From Felis catus (Eukaryota): DNA of 64,000 nucleotides. Positions 1-12,260 of this stretch are shown piece after piece. Positions within the stretch are counted from its first letter, which is position 1. Every line of letters starts with the position of its first letter. A program made the position numbers and the translations under genes. The notes under the pieces are model-generated. The model was given only the letters and a program-made list of their open reading frames with translations, was not told where the DNA came from and did not search any database. The DNA is taken from NCBI RefSeq assembly GCF_018350175.1, contig NC_058368.1:78742001-78806000 (forward strand), given 5' to 3'.

Positions 1-1228
1 GAAGGTCACCAGAAACCGAATGGAGTGAGTTTTCATTTTTGAGCAAATGTACTACACAGGACTGGTTCATTCAAAAATTCTAAAAAATTCTGTAGTAAAG
101 TTACCAGCGAGGTTTTTGTTTTGTTGTTTTGTTTTGCTTCTGCAATAATAGAACCCAATTTATAATGAATCAGAATCTTTCATGACAGGGTGAAGGCAGA
201 TGGGTGAGGAATTCTTTACAGATGTCTTTGATCTGTGAGCCCCTCTGAGAAAAATCCCAGCCAACCAGCATGGAGAGCACTGGGACAGAGCCTTCCCAAC
301 TGGAACTTGGATGTTGCACCCAGAAAGGTTTCCCCTGAGGTATCAGCTTGAAACTCCTGCTCAGAAAGGCCTTCCATGCCAAATGATGTGTAATTCCCCA
401 AAGAGCTATTTGCATTCCTCCTCCAGATTGTTCATGCTGTTTCCTACTTTGGGGTGCTTCTCTGAGATGGCCCCACAGCTCACTGGACTTCCCTGTCATA
501 CTTCTCTTTTGACTGCATTGCCCTCTTGAATTTGGCTATTGACTGGGGACAGTATCTAGTTCATAGACCAACTCTGGCATGGCACCACCCTGGGCGTATG
601 GTAGATCTTCAGTGAATAATTAATCGATTATGATTAATGTCTCAGCCCACTTCCCCCCACAATCCTTCAAGACTCAGATCCTGTTCTGAGTACCCCATAT
701 TGGAGTACTATTCCAGTTCTATTCAGGCTGTTGGTAGCCCCCACCGTGACTCTATAGAATGCTCTCAACACCCTCAATCTCATTTAAGTGGGTTGTCTGG
801 TACTATGTTATTAAACATTACATGTTTAATTAAATTACATTAAACAAGTGTAGTTACTATGTCATTAAACGTTACATGTACATTTCCAAGCACAGTACCT
901 GGAATAGAGGGTTGCGTAACAAAATCTTGGTGATCCAAAGTGAAGCAAACCAATATTGCAGCCGAAGGGGCAGAGTTTACATTCACTTAAAAGGATAAAA
1001 GTTTGATTAGGATTTAAAATTTTCTGGAAATGCATCAATGGTACATCTGAATCTCTTTAGAAATAGCTGGTTTTATAATTAGAGTTTGGTTCAATTGGCT
1101 GGAAGATATGTGTGTTTGGAAGGCAGGTGGCAATAATAATAACCGTAATTCAACTAACTCTAGATGTTCTGGGTCATTTCTGTATGGCAAGGTAATCTGC
1201 AGTACAAGTATTTACCAGGGAGAAGATA

Positions 1229-1699
1229 CAGATCTTCTTTGACTTACGATGGGGTTATGTCTGGATAAACCACGGAAGTTGAAAATATCCTTAAGTCAAA
1301 ATGCATTTGGTACGTCTAACCTACTGAACATTATAGCTGAGTCTAGGCTGCCTTAAACGTGCTCAGAACATGGACATTAGCCTACAGTTGGGCAAAACTC
1401 ATTGAACGCAAAGCTCATTTCCTAATAAAATGTTGACTACCTCCTGCAATTTATTGAATTCTCTACCGAAAATGACACGCACAGAATGGTTACCTGGGTG
1501 CAGAATGGTTGTCAGCATCTCGGTTGTCTCTGCTCACCATGGCGTGGCTGCGTGGGGGCTGTGTCTGCTGCCCCAGCATCACGAGAGGGTGAACTGCGTG
1601 TTGCCAGCTCTGGACAGGATCCAAATTCAAAATTCTTTCACACCTTCGTAACGTCTAAATATCATTAAGTTGAACCATGGTTAAGTCCGAGACCATCTG
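1229..1699 (+). mobile_element. Non-autonomous TcMar-Tigger DNA transposon (MER47/Tigger5 family)
   Basis: Terminal inverted repeats CAGATCTTCTTTGACTTACGATGG and CCATGGTTAAGTCCGAGACCATCTG, preceded by TA. Internal sequence resembles remembered MER47 (cttaaacgtgctcagaac...cattagcctacagttgggcaaaa). Confidence 0.8.
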
Positions 1700-3154
1700 C
1701 ACGTGAAAAGCAAAAATGATGAGAGGTATGGTCAAGAGCATGTAATGAGTGAAGTTCCTCAATGTGAGATAGTGGCAGATAAGTCGAAGTGATTTTGTGC
1801 AGATCCAGGCACTGGCTGGAAAGGCTGGCCAGTAGGATTGATATTCAGTACAAAGGGCCATATGGAAGTTCTAGAGAGATTTCAAAAAATTTAAAAATTG
1901 CAACAGATTCAAATTCATTTTGCTACTGATAGAAATCTCTATACGTGTGTGTCCCTGTCTCTGTCCATCTGTGTCTGGTTGTAGAAATGTTTTGAATCGC
2001 TGAGAACTCATACAGATAAGACAGGAAAAATGGGCAATGATGAAAACAAATTGTATAAATCATATTGCTTCCCCTCCCCCCACCCCTTCCAGAGAGTTCA
2101 GACATAATTTTTTTGTTTAAGAGTAGACTTGTGCTTAGCACATGATATCCACTCAATAACTGATATCTGGATCAAATTAGATGTTGTCCCGGTAACTTTT
2201 TGCTTGTCTCCTCTGCCCCAGCGGCTTTGAAATCAACACTGCGAGGTAAAAAGGGAAGTGTGTGCTGAAAATGTATAGACATCGAGAATGAGAAAGCTAA
2301 TATCACAGTATATCCAACTCATGTTAAAAAAAAAAAAACAGCCAAAAACTTGCAAGTGATAACTTTCATGTATGCATGATGAATGTGTGAATTCAATGTT
2401 TGGAGAAATCTTTCGATTTTCTGAGTGATAGATTTCAGGGTTGTTCAAGACATACTCCTTAGCTAACCAGAAGGACTAAAATACATAAGATATCCCTTAT
2501 GACAAGATGTGGGGAGAAGGCAGAACATCTTACGTTTAAAATTGTCTGTATTTGTTTATTTGGTTTCTATGATTTCTCGGGTCTTTTCAGTGGAATCAGG
2601 AATACGTGTTGCATGGGGTTTGAACCTTGCAAAATGTTACCGTTGTTTGGAAACAGTTCCAAAGAGTGGAAACATGCATCACCGAGAAGCTGTGGACTGC
2701 AGACTTGGTGTGGAGAGTGTTCCCTGTCACTAATCCTGGCCAACTCAATAAACAGTCTTGGAGGAAGACTTATTTGCCTTGTTGCTCTCTAAGTATGCTT
2801 TAGGAGGTAGAACACGATGTTTTTGTTGTCACGGGCTGTGATGTTAGGACTTACGACTTAGCGTGGAGCCAGTCTTGGTGGCGGTAAACCAGGGGGCGGT
2901 AACTCCAGTAAAACGTGGTGGAGGTTTGTGGGGTCCTGGAGTCAAGGCACTTCACGCTTTCAGAGAGGGGGGTAACCCAGTGTTGCTGATGTCCTCAGAC
3001 CATGGGGAAGACTGTGATCTCAGTCCCTAACTTTGATGAAAGAGGAGAGTGACCCGGTTGGGAGAAGAGGGGTAGTATGTAAGGATAGAGTGAATCTTAG
3101 AAAGAAGCACTTTAAGGTGAACAGACAATGATTCTAAAAGAATCAATAAGCTAA

Positions 3155-3251
3155 GGGGCGCCTGACCGGTTTAGTCAGTGGAGCGTGCGATTCTTGATCT
3201 CAGGTCATGAGTTCAAGCCCCATGTTGGGCGTAAAGCTTACTTAAAAAAAA
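3155..3251 (+). mobile_element. Short Can-SINE (tRNA-derived head plus A tail, no CT stretch)
   Basis: GGGGCGCCTG start, B-box-like GAGTTCAAGCCC, poly-A tail. TSD AATCAATAAGCT at 3141-3152 and 3252-3263. Confidence 0.85.
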
Positions 3252-3483
3252 AATCAATAAGCTCAGAAAATGGCCAAGCCTTTTCAGGGCCTGATAGGAG
3301 AAAAGTTTCTCTACACCGAAGAAGGCTGCAGGAGAGACGGTGTTTCCAGAGAGATCGATTTCCACAGAGGTTCTGTGGACATTTCCAGGTGAGGGAATGA
3401 ACCAGAAGTTGGCTGGAAGGCAGTGCAGTGTGTGGACTTGAGGGACCTGGTTGGGGGCAGGTTGGTTGAGAGGCTGGGCAGTT

Positions 3484-3660
3484 CAGCGAGGGCTTCACGG
3501 GCACACGGTCCGCTCAGTCACACAGGAGTCTGTGCTCCGCAGGGCCCGTGCTTGGTTTCATGTTGTGCTGTCGCCATCTTGAAATTCTTAGCCATTTTTG
3601 AATAAGGGGCTTCACTGTTCCCTTTTGCACTGGGTCCCACAAATTATGCAACCAGTGTTG
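3484..3660 (+). mobile_element. MER45A-like hAT MITE
   Basis: Matches remembered consensus motifs gcttggtttcatgttgtgctgtcgccatcttgaaattctt and ttttgcactgggtcccacaaattatg. Confidence 0.7.
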
Positions 3661-4667
3661 CCTGGACCTTAGAGAGGCAGGGGAAGAGGACAGGAGGAGC
3701 CAGAGACTTGGTTCCAGGCAGTCAAGGTGGACTGGTGCTGTCAGAGCTCTCTGAAGGTGACAGAGTGGCTGTTCAGCCACCTTCTTGGTGCTGTAAGCTG
3801 TTGCCAGAAACTGGTTGAAGTGATGAAAGGAGCCTGAACTGGGAGGAAGATTTGCTTGAAGAAAATTCTTTCTAGCGAGAATTAGCTTTACTATCTAACG
3901 ATAATGTTGTAAGAACATTGTAACAGGAATGTTCAACCATCATAATCTTTTCAGACAAGTGTGATTAGAAGGTATTTATTGCTGTCAAATTATTATTCAT
4001 GATCCGTGGAAATGTGGATCTAAAAATTACCTTACTTGAGAGAGGCTGATACCATTTTCAGCACTGTATCTAATTAAGTCTTTTTTTTTGGTGAAAGACA
4101 CCGCAAAGGCAAACTGTAGGTATCTCTGAATTGTAAATGCGGATTCCCGAGGTGCAGGATGAGGATATCTTGACAGACACACGGAAGGAGGAGTCACATC
4201 ACTGTTGATTATGCAGTGAGTTATCAAAATGATAAAGAGAACAGAACAGGAATTACCTGCATGTGAATTTCCTAAAATAAATTGGATCCAGGCCCCAATT
4301 CTAAAACCTATTTATTGAGCCTTTATACTCTGATCCGTATCTTATTAGTCATCGTATCCAAACCTGCAGCCACTGTCGGTGGGGCCACGATTCATACCGT
4401 CTTCATTACGGTTACACACAACACGGTACATCACATGTGCAGAGATCTTGGTTCAGACCTGAAACTAATCCCTCAGATTTCACATCTGCCATTGCCCCAC
4501 ATGCGTCCACACATCCCAATACTGATGCCTGCTTCTATCTTCCTTTCTATGGGACGTGTGCCATGATTTTGCAGTACATTGACTATGTTCTTGAGACCTC
4601 CATGTCTCAAGGAGGGAAATATGAATGTTTTCCATGACTGTATTATGCTTGTGAACCACAGTTCATA

Positions 4668-4821
4668 CTTCTTTCTTTCTTTGTTCCTTCCTTGCTTCCT
4701 TCCTTTCTTCCTTCCTTCCTTTCTTTTCCTTCCTTCCTTCCTTCCTTCCTTCCTTCCTCTCTCTTTCTTCCTTCCTTCCTTTCTCTCTCTCTCCCTTCCT
4801 TCCTCTCTCTCCCTTCCTTCC

Positions 4822-4869
<48 letters not shown>

Positions 4870-5164
4870 TCCTTTCTTTTCCTTCCTTCCTTCCTTCCTT
4901 CCTTCCTTCCTTCCTTCCTTCCTTCCCCTCTCTTCCTTCTTTCCCCTCTCTTCCTTCCTTCCCCTTCCTTCCTTCCTTCCTTCCTTCCTTCCTTCCTTCC
5001 TTCCTCTTCCTTCCTTCCTTCCTTCCTTCCTTCCTTCCTTCCTTCCTTCCCTCCTTCCTTCCTTCCTCTTTCTCTTCCTTCCTTTCTCTCTCTTTTCCTT
5101 CCTTCCTTCCTTCCTTCCTTCCTTCCTTCCTTCCTTCCTTCCTCTTCCTTCCTCCCTTCCTTCC

Positions 5165-5207
<43 letters not shown>

Positions 5208-5301
5208 CTCCTTCCTTCCTTCCTTCCTTCCTTCCTTCCTTCCTTCCTTCCTTTCTCTTTCTTTCTTCCTCCCTTTCTCTCTCTCGTCCTTCCTTTCTTT
5301 C

Positions 5302-5341
<40 letters not shown>

Positions 5342-5342
5342 T
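4668..5342. repeat. Compound (TTCC)n/(TTTC)n polypyrimidine microsatellite, about 670 nt
   Basis: Directly visible; 4695-5285 contains only C and T on the + strand. Confidence 0.99.
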
Positions 5343-5449
5343 GAAGTATCAGTTAACAATTGGGCTATCTTCTAATTACTAACTTTAATGAGAATTAAAT
5401 ACTAAGGAAAAAACATAAATCAATCCACATAGTCCCCATTTCAATCTGT

Positions 5450-6570
5450 GTGGTTACTGTCTGGAGATGTCCAACAGCTCACCAATGCTCTGTTCACTTA
5501 TTCAAAGTCATTTTTTTGCTCGCACGCCCTTTGTGGAATCTACGTTACTGGTTCACCAGTCTTGTCTTCCACAACATCTTGTTCATTGTTGGTTCCATTC
5601 ATTGGTATAGTTTTTATCTCAGGCATGGTAGTTCTCATCTCCAGGAGTAAAATTTGAGTCTTACTGCTGTCTTCCATGTCTCTACTTACTGTGTTCAAAG
5701 GTTTCCCAGTGTTTTGAACATACAGAATGTGGTTTATTGTAACAGTTTAACACACAGATTTGGTCCTTTGTTAGGTGTATCACTTCTGAGCTGGTTCCCC
5801 ATTGATCATTCTTTCTCCTCCTTGTGGGTCTTATTTTCCTGCTTTCTTATATATCTGGTCATTTCTTCTTGGATGTTGGACATAGTGAATTTTGCCTTGT
5901 TGGTTACTGAATATTTTTGTATTTCTGTAAATAATCTTGAGCTCTGTTTGGGGGGGCATTGGAGTTATTTGGAAACAGTGTGATCCTTTCAGAACTTGAA
6001 TTTAATACTTCTTGGTGGGAATAGAGTGGCATCCATCCCAGGGCTCCTATCTCCCCTTCTACACCTGCACTGAAGCAAGACATGTGTGTGCTCCACCCAA
6101 GGCCACCTTCAGTTAGGTTTCCATTCTGGCTACTGAAACAGACGCTATTTATGGCATTGCATGAACTCTGACTCCTCTCCCTTTTCAGGGGGTTCTGTCC
6201 CGGACCTTGTGTCATTTCCTGGGGTGCAGGCACTGATCAGAACTCTTCTGTGTACTTGAGGGGGCCTTCTGTAGATCTTTGAAGTTCTCTCTGCAGCTCT
6301 GTCCTCTCTGTGACTCTGTCCTGTGCGCACCGGCCAGCTCGGTCTCTAGACTTTTGGTTCAGTCTCCTCTTGAGTGGCCCTGGGTGACACAGATTCCTTC
6401 TGTGCTGCAGCTTGGGAATGCCTTCAAGGCTGTGAGCTGGAGCGACAGCAACAATGTGACCGCCTCCTTTCTTCCCAGCTCTCAAAAGTCATATTTTTTC
6501 TGAGTGGTTTTGTTTTTATTTCAGCTGATTCAGGCAGGAATGTAAGTCTGGTCCCTGTTACTCATAAGGG
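5450..6570 (-). mobile_element. Ancient L1 (L1M-type) 5' region, antisense, degraded
   Basis: T-rich strand with motifs typical of old L1 5' regions (ttggatgttggacatagtgaattttgccttgttgg...cttgagctctgtttgg...ttatttggaaacagt). Boundaries approximate. Confidence 0.55.
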
Positions 6571-6849
6571 AAGTGCTCCTGTGGTCTTTTAAAATTCTAC
6601 TATCTAGTGAATAGGTTGGAAAGTTGACATGGCAATACTTCTGGTGGTGGTATGGTTACTGTTTCTTTTGGGACGGAAACTTGTTTTATGCATCGAAATC
6701 TTATAAAAAGGGTATATCTTTCAACCCATAAATTTTGCTAATAGATATTTAGCTGATTTATTGGCTTAGGTCCGTTTTTAAACTAATTAACTAATATGCA
6801 TTTGATATTAATGTAGCCTTCTAGATACAAATATAAAAAATCAGACTTC

Positions 6850-7004
6850 TGTAGACCAGATAATTCATAAGGTCCAGGGCAAAATGAATATGTGGGACTC
6901 TTCAAAAATTATGGGAAATTCATGATGGCCACAGAGCATTAAACCCAGTCCAGGACCCATCTACGCATGACTGCAGAGATCATGCACCCGCGAAGCCAGC
7001 ACTG
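6850..7004 (-). mobile_element. MER45A-like hAT MITE, reverse orientation
   Basis: ccagggcaaaatgaatatgtggg...cagagcattaaacc...gaagccagcactg resembles the reverse complement of the element at 3484-3660. Confidence 0.6.
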
Positions 7005-7429
7005 ACCAGCATATTTTTATGAGTTTTACCTATAAATAGTAAATATAAGAAGCAAAACAATTTCCTGGAGAGTTTCATTTAGTAGTCTATGAAATTTCTG
7101 AAAAGCACAGTATTATACAGTGATTAAAATTTATGTTAGAAGATTTCGAAATTATAATAGTTCGCTGTTACAAGTTGGGACTGTGGAGTTTTTAGTTGCG
7201 CTATGCAACTGGTGTGAGGGTTGCATTTGAGTATGATGGGGGATGAATTCGGAAGGACCAGGAAGGGTCATGTCTGCCTTGGATACAGTACAGTAGTGAA
7301 GCTTTATTCTTTGGTCAGTGACAAACTCTGTACATTTTAAAGCAGAAACATCATGTGATGAAATGTGTATTTCAGAAAGATAATTATGGTAAATTGTCCA
7401 AGATTTTCTGATAATCTTATCTACAGATG

Positions 7430-7960
7430 AATGGCACTGTTAGGAATTTACCCAAGGGATACAGGAGTGCTGATGCATAGGGGCACTTGTACCCAATGTT
7501 TATAGCAGCACTTTCAATAGCCAAATTATGGAAAGAGCCTAAATGCCCATCAACTGACGAATGGATAAAGAAGATGTGGTTTATATACACAATGGAATAC
7601 TACATGGCAAGAGAAAGAATGAAATATGGCCTTTTGTAGCAATGTGGATGGAACTAGAGAGTGTTATGTTAAGTGAAATAAGTCATACAGAGAAAGACAG
7701 ATACCATATGTTTTCACTCTTATGTGGATCCTGAGAAACTTACCAGAAGACCATGGGGGGAGGGGAAGGAAAAAAAAGGTTAAAGAGGGAGGGAACCAAA
7801 ACACAAGAGAATCTTAAAAAGTGAGAACAAACTCAGGGTTGATGGGGGGTGGGAGAGAAGGGAAGGTGGGTGATGGGCATCGAGGAGGGCATCTGTTGGC
7901 ATCAGATGGGTGTTATATGGAAGCCAATTTGACAATAAATTTCATATAAAAAATAATAAA
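7430..7960 (+). mobile_element. 5'-truncated felid L1 (ORF2 end, 3'UTR, poly-A)
   Basis: Highly similar to 33530-34065 (ggaatttacccaagggatacagg...tgtggatcctgagaaactt...gacaataaatttcatat). Carries small deletions; no TSD found. Confidence 0.93.
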
Positions 7961-7965
7961 GTTTG

Positions 7966-7967
<2 letters not shown>

Positions 7968-7996
<29 letters not shown>
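7968..7996. repeat. (CA)14 microsatellite
   Basis: Directly visible, just after the L1 tail. Confidence 0.98.
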
Positions 7997-7999
<3 letters not shown>

Positions 8000-8215
8000 A
8001 AGGGGACCCAAATAGTGAAAATCTCCGCCCCTTCCTAATCTCTGTCCTTATTTTCTTATTTTTCTTTCTACTGTGTATGGATGTAATTTCCCCTTGAGCC
8101 TTCCACGTGCCCCTTACGTGAGCTGGAGAACATGAATACATTCTTTCTCCATTTAGCCCCATCTCTCAACCTCTAGATTGCCAGTGGAGTTTTTTTTCAT
8201 GGACATTTGCAATAA

Positions 8216-8437
<222 letters not shown>

Positions 8438-8517
8438 TGATGATTGGATGGCATATAAAAGGCTGTGTATTTAACTAGTAACATTTCACAATAGGTAATA
8501 CTTTGGTTGATAAAAAA

Positions 8518-8518
<1 letters not shown>

Positions 8519-8560
<42 letters not shown>
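8519..8560. repeat. (TG)21 microsatellite
   Basis: Directly visible, about 110 nt downstream of the exon donor at 8408. Confidence 0.98.
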
Positions 8561-8561
<1 letters not shown>

Positions 8562-9714
8562 TCGTTTGTTTTCCTGGAATTACCAGATAATTAGAGACTA
8601 AGGTTGTGGGTCACATAGTTCATAAAACAAATTGCACAGATGTCATGTGAAGCTATGCTGCCTTTTCTGGGAAATTATAAGCCTTAATATTTGCAGATCA
8701 GTCTTAACTAAAATGGTTTGAGAAGTGTTGTTTCATTAAGTCCACAGTCCATTCTGTTCTTAATTTTTAGCCAACTAGACACACGGTATCTATTAAATCT
8801 TATCCTCTTGGTGACGTCTAGTAAAGAAGTATCTGCAACATTTCTTTATGAGGAAATGAAAACGTTAAGTATAACAATCACTAGATTTACTTGTCGCTCT
8901 TGTTTTCGGGTAGAGCTTAGACGCTGACATTGACCCTCACACCACACTTTAATTATTTTGGAATTAGGATTGGGGATTTTTTTTTCTGGTGAGTTTAGCT
9001 CTAACAAAGGTTTTAAGAAGTTGTGCAGGATTTTTTTGAAAACATGTGCCTCTCAATGTCTGATGACATTGCGTGTCTTTAACAGACAGAACTGAGCAAC
9101 AGAATTTGACTTTACTGCATGTATGAGCTGGAGGTCAAATCTGTAGTTTTCGAATTAACATTTTCCTGGTTCTGCAGTTCCCTTTTCTCACATCGTATGC
9201 ATAGTTCTATTTCTGATAGTTATCTTAGTGACCTTCATTTACCGAGCATTTAATTAATATTTATTGATTATCACTTTCAACACAGTTCCTGCCTTTGAAG
9301 AAATTACAGTTTATTCATTCATTCAGCAAATCATTGTTGAATAACCACTATGTTCTAGGTGCTACACAGTGGGCGAAAAGACATTGGATATTATAGAGCG
9401 TGGCAAAAACAAACCAAAGCAAGTAAAGTGAGACTGAGAAATTTGATTAGTGGCTTAAGCAAGTCTGAATAGTCTCCTTGCCACCATCTAAGAGCCAGCC
9501 CAGCCAGCCATCCATGGGAATAATTTACTTTTAAATAAATATGGATGAAACACATTGTCCTAAAAATTGTAATTTCTATAGAAACGTGTTCCCATCAACA
9601 ACCCCAAGCGAGAGATTTATTTTATTTCCAGAATTAAATGCCATTGTACTTGGTTTAGCGCTGCATTGTCCAATATTCTCTCCGTTTTCCAAAGATTATT
9701 GATGCGTAAGAGAC

Positions 9715-10420
9715 TGCGTAAATATTTGAGTGCCTTTTGTTCTGTACCAAGAGGGTCAGCAGTGAACAAAAGTAGCCGAAATCCCTGCAGAAATCCCTGC
9801 CTCGTGGGGCTTACATTCTACCGGGGAGAAGGACAAACACGCAAATGAGTCAAATACACAGGATGTCACCCACAGAGAACCGTTGGAAGGACAAGAAGAG
9901 AAGAGTAGAGAGTATTAAGGGGTGGCCTCATGGAGAAGGTGACACGTGAACCATGAGCCACATGGAGGGGTAGTCACGAGGTGAGCAGGGTGTGGGGGGA
10001 TAGCAAGGGCCTTGTATTTGTGGAACAGCAAGGAAACCAGTGCAACTGGAGTGCGGCGGGTGGGGGCAGGGGGGGCCAGTGTCAGAGACACAGGCGGTGG
10101 ATCTGCTGGCACCAGTGGGCGGGACATTGGAATCTCCTTTCACCCCAGGTGACTCGGGGATCCTTTGGAGAGTTTGGGTGGAGAAATGATACAATCGGAC
10201 TTATGTCTGAGAAGGTCACTGCCTGCTGTGTTGAGAACAAACAAGTGGAGGGGAAGGATGGGGGGCACTTAGCACCCTGCTGTCAGCCGCCAGGCTAGCC
10301 CCAGTGGGGTGGTGGGACATGATTGGCATCTGCAAGTGTGCAAAGTCAGGCTGTCCGTGTTTGGTGTGGGATTGGATTTAGCACTTGAGAGAAAGGACAC
10401 GAGTCTCAGATGGCCTGCCC
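9715..10420 (-). mobile_element. L2 LINE relic
   Basis: L2 3'-end motifs on the minus strand (aatatttgagtgcc...cagcagtgaacaaaa...ccctgcctcgtggggcttacattcta...ggagaaggtgacac). Boundaries approximate. Confidence 0.6.
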
Positions 10421-10517
10421 CTTTTGGTGGGAAGATGAGAGGGTTGGAATTTGTGTTAAAAGCATCTGAATCATCTTTTTCAAGTTTGTCAGGAAATCGT
10501 TGTCTAAAGAAACAATT

Positions 10518-10520
<3 letters not shown>

Positions 10521-10567
<47 letters not shown>

Positions 10568-10590
10568 AATAAATAAATAAATATATTTTT
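10521..10590 (+). mobile_element. Headless Can-SINE tail: (TC)22 plus AAAAATAAATAAATAAA
   Basis: Has the Can-SINE 3' end but no tRNA-derived head upstream. Confidence 0.6.
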
Positions 10591-10595
10591 GTAAA

Positions 10596-10787
10596 GGGGG
10601 CGGTCACCTGGGTGGCTCAGCTGGTTACGCGTCTGACTCTTGGTTTCGGCTCAGGGTCGTGATCTCACAGTTCGTGGGTTCGAGCCCTCTGCTGATAGCG
10701 CGGACCCTGTTTGGGATTCTCTGTCTTCCTCTCTCTCTGCCTTCTTCCACCCCCTCAAACGTAAATAAATAAACATAAAAAAAAAAA
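10596..10787 (+). mobile_element. Can-SINE
   Basis: cacctgggtggctcag A box, ggttcgagcc B box, CT stretch, A tail. Confidence 0.9.
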
Positions 10788-10999
10788 GATTTCGGTGAGT
10801 TGAGATAATTACGTATTGTGGGTTTTTGTTAAGTAGAGATGTGTGAATGTGTGTGTTGCTGTCGTATCCTGAACAGCATTAGAACATTCCTACTTTAATT
10901 GGATCACAAGTGGTTTGTGTTTATGGAGTAGGTTTAGGTACTGTGAATATTGTCAGTATTCTTGCCAAATGATCTACAAAATTCTAGAAGATACTAATA

Positions 11000-11210
11000 C
11001 TTGACTTTTATACAGCACTTCATATGTGCCTGGTATTTTTCTACAGGCTTCATAGGGATTAATTCACCCTACTACATATGTGCTAGCTTTCACCTGCCTT
11101 CGATAGGTGAGGGACGGGTCCTCAGAGAGGGCAGTGCAAATGTTGCAGGCCAGAACATAGTGTCTGAGACCAGGTTTGGTGTCCTAATCTGAACCCCAGT
11201 CCCTGTGATC
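11000..11210 (-). mobile_element. MIR relic
   Basis: cagcacttcatatgtgcctggta...ggattaattcac...ctcagagagg resembles the MIR core. Confidence 0.45.
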
Positions 11211-11294
11211 TGTTGTCGTATGGCTAATGCTAGAATTCATACAGAGCCAAAAGTCCCCAGAGTGGACTACTAAGGCCGTCATTCCCATTGTTGT

Positions 11295-11328
11295 TTTTTA
11301 TAATTTTTAAAAATATGTATTTATTTTT

Positions 11329-11359
<31 letters not shown>

Positions 11360-11532
11360 CATGAGTGGGAGAGGGGCAGAGAGAGAGGGAGACACAGAAT
11401 CCTAAGCAGGCTCCAGGCTCCGAGCTGTCAGCATAGAACCCAACACTGGGCTCGAACCCATGAAACTGAGAATATGACCTGAGCCTAAACCAACACTCAG
11501 ATGCTTAACCTTCTGAGCCACCCAGTCGCCCT
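11295..11532 (-). mobile_element. Can-SINE
   Basis: tttatttttgagagag...gggagacacagaatc...gcaggctccaggctccgagctgtcagc...tgagccacccag. Confidence 0.93.
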
Positions 11533-12260
11533 CGTATGAACCTTGTTTTTGATGTCTTTCAAAGGTTTTAAAGACACTATTTTATTTTATTTTATTTTAT
11601 TTTATTTTATTTTATTTTATTTTTATTTTTAGAGAGAGGGGCAGAGGGAGAGTGTGAGCAGGGGAGATGGGTAGAGGGGCAGAGGGAGAGAGAGAATCAT
11701 AAGCAGGCTCCAAGCCCACGCAGAGTCTGACACAGGGCTTGATCCCATGACCCTGGGATCTTGACCTGAACCAAAATCGAGGGCCGGGCACTCAACCAAC
11801 TGAGCCACCTAGGTGCCCCGTAAAGACACATTTTTAAATATATACTGGTAATTCATAAACATCATTGAACTCACGGCCAGTGACACTATAACTCATGCCT
11901 GAAGGAAGTTTATCCACCCACATATTTTCCCCATAAGGCTCATCATAGCTTCCTTGCGCTTAGAAGCAGTAGATAGCACTTCAGCACCATGCTTGGGGCT
12001 CATTTTAAGCAACAAAATCACCGACAAAAGGACAAAAGTGTGAAAAACATGGCACCAAATAGACTACAGTAAGACTTTTTTTCACTACTACCCTGAACCA
12101 AGAAGATGCAGCATCGTCTCACACAAGCTCGGCTCCCAGCATGTGCACTGGGTGACTGGAATGTTCGTGCATGTGCGCGAATGGCCATGGACGTGTACCG
12201 GAAGTGCTCGTCTTGATGTTACAAAATAATTCGGCAAACAGGAATAATGAGGACCCACTG
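11533..12260 (-). mobile_element. MER82-like TcMar-Tigger element, interrupted by a SINE
   Basis: cattgaactcacggcca...cactataactcatgcctgaa...gcacttcagcaccatgcttgggg...ggaataatgaggacccactg matches the reverse complement of remembered MER82. Confidence 0.7.
11578..11819 (-). mobile_element. Can-SINE with (TATTT)n tail, inserted in MER82
   Basis: Ends ...gagccacctaggtgcccc; TSD TAAAGACAC on both sides. Confidence 0.92.

Noticed and set aside
2884..2902. CTCF-like ACCAGGGGGCGG (also at about 42244)
   Set aside because: Both lack the conserved CC at the 5' side of the core and cannot be supported without a PWM score or ChIP data.
4579..5382. ORFs of 227-267 aa (FLPS-rich and KEGR-rich)
   Set aside because: They are translations of the (TTCC)/(TTTC) microsatellite, which lacks stop codons.
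11980..12000. REST left half-site TTCAGCACC
   Set aside because: No right half-site, and it is part of the MER82-like element.
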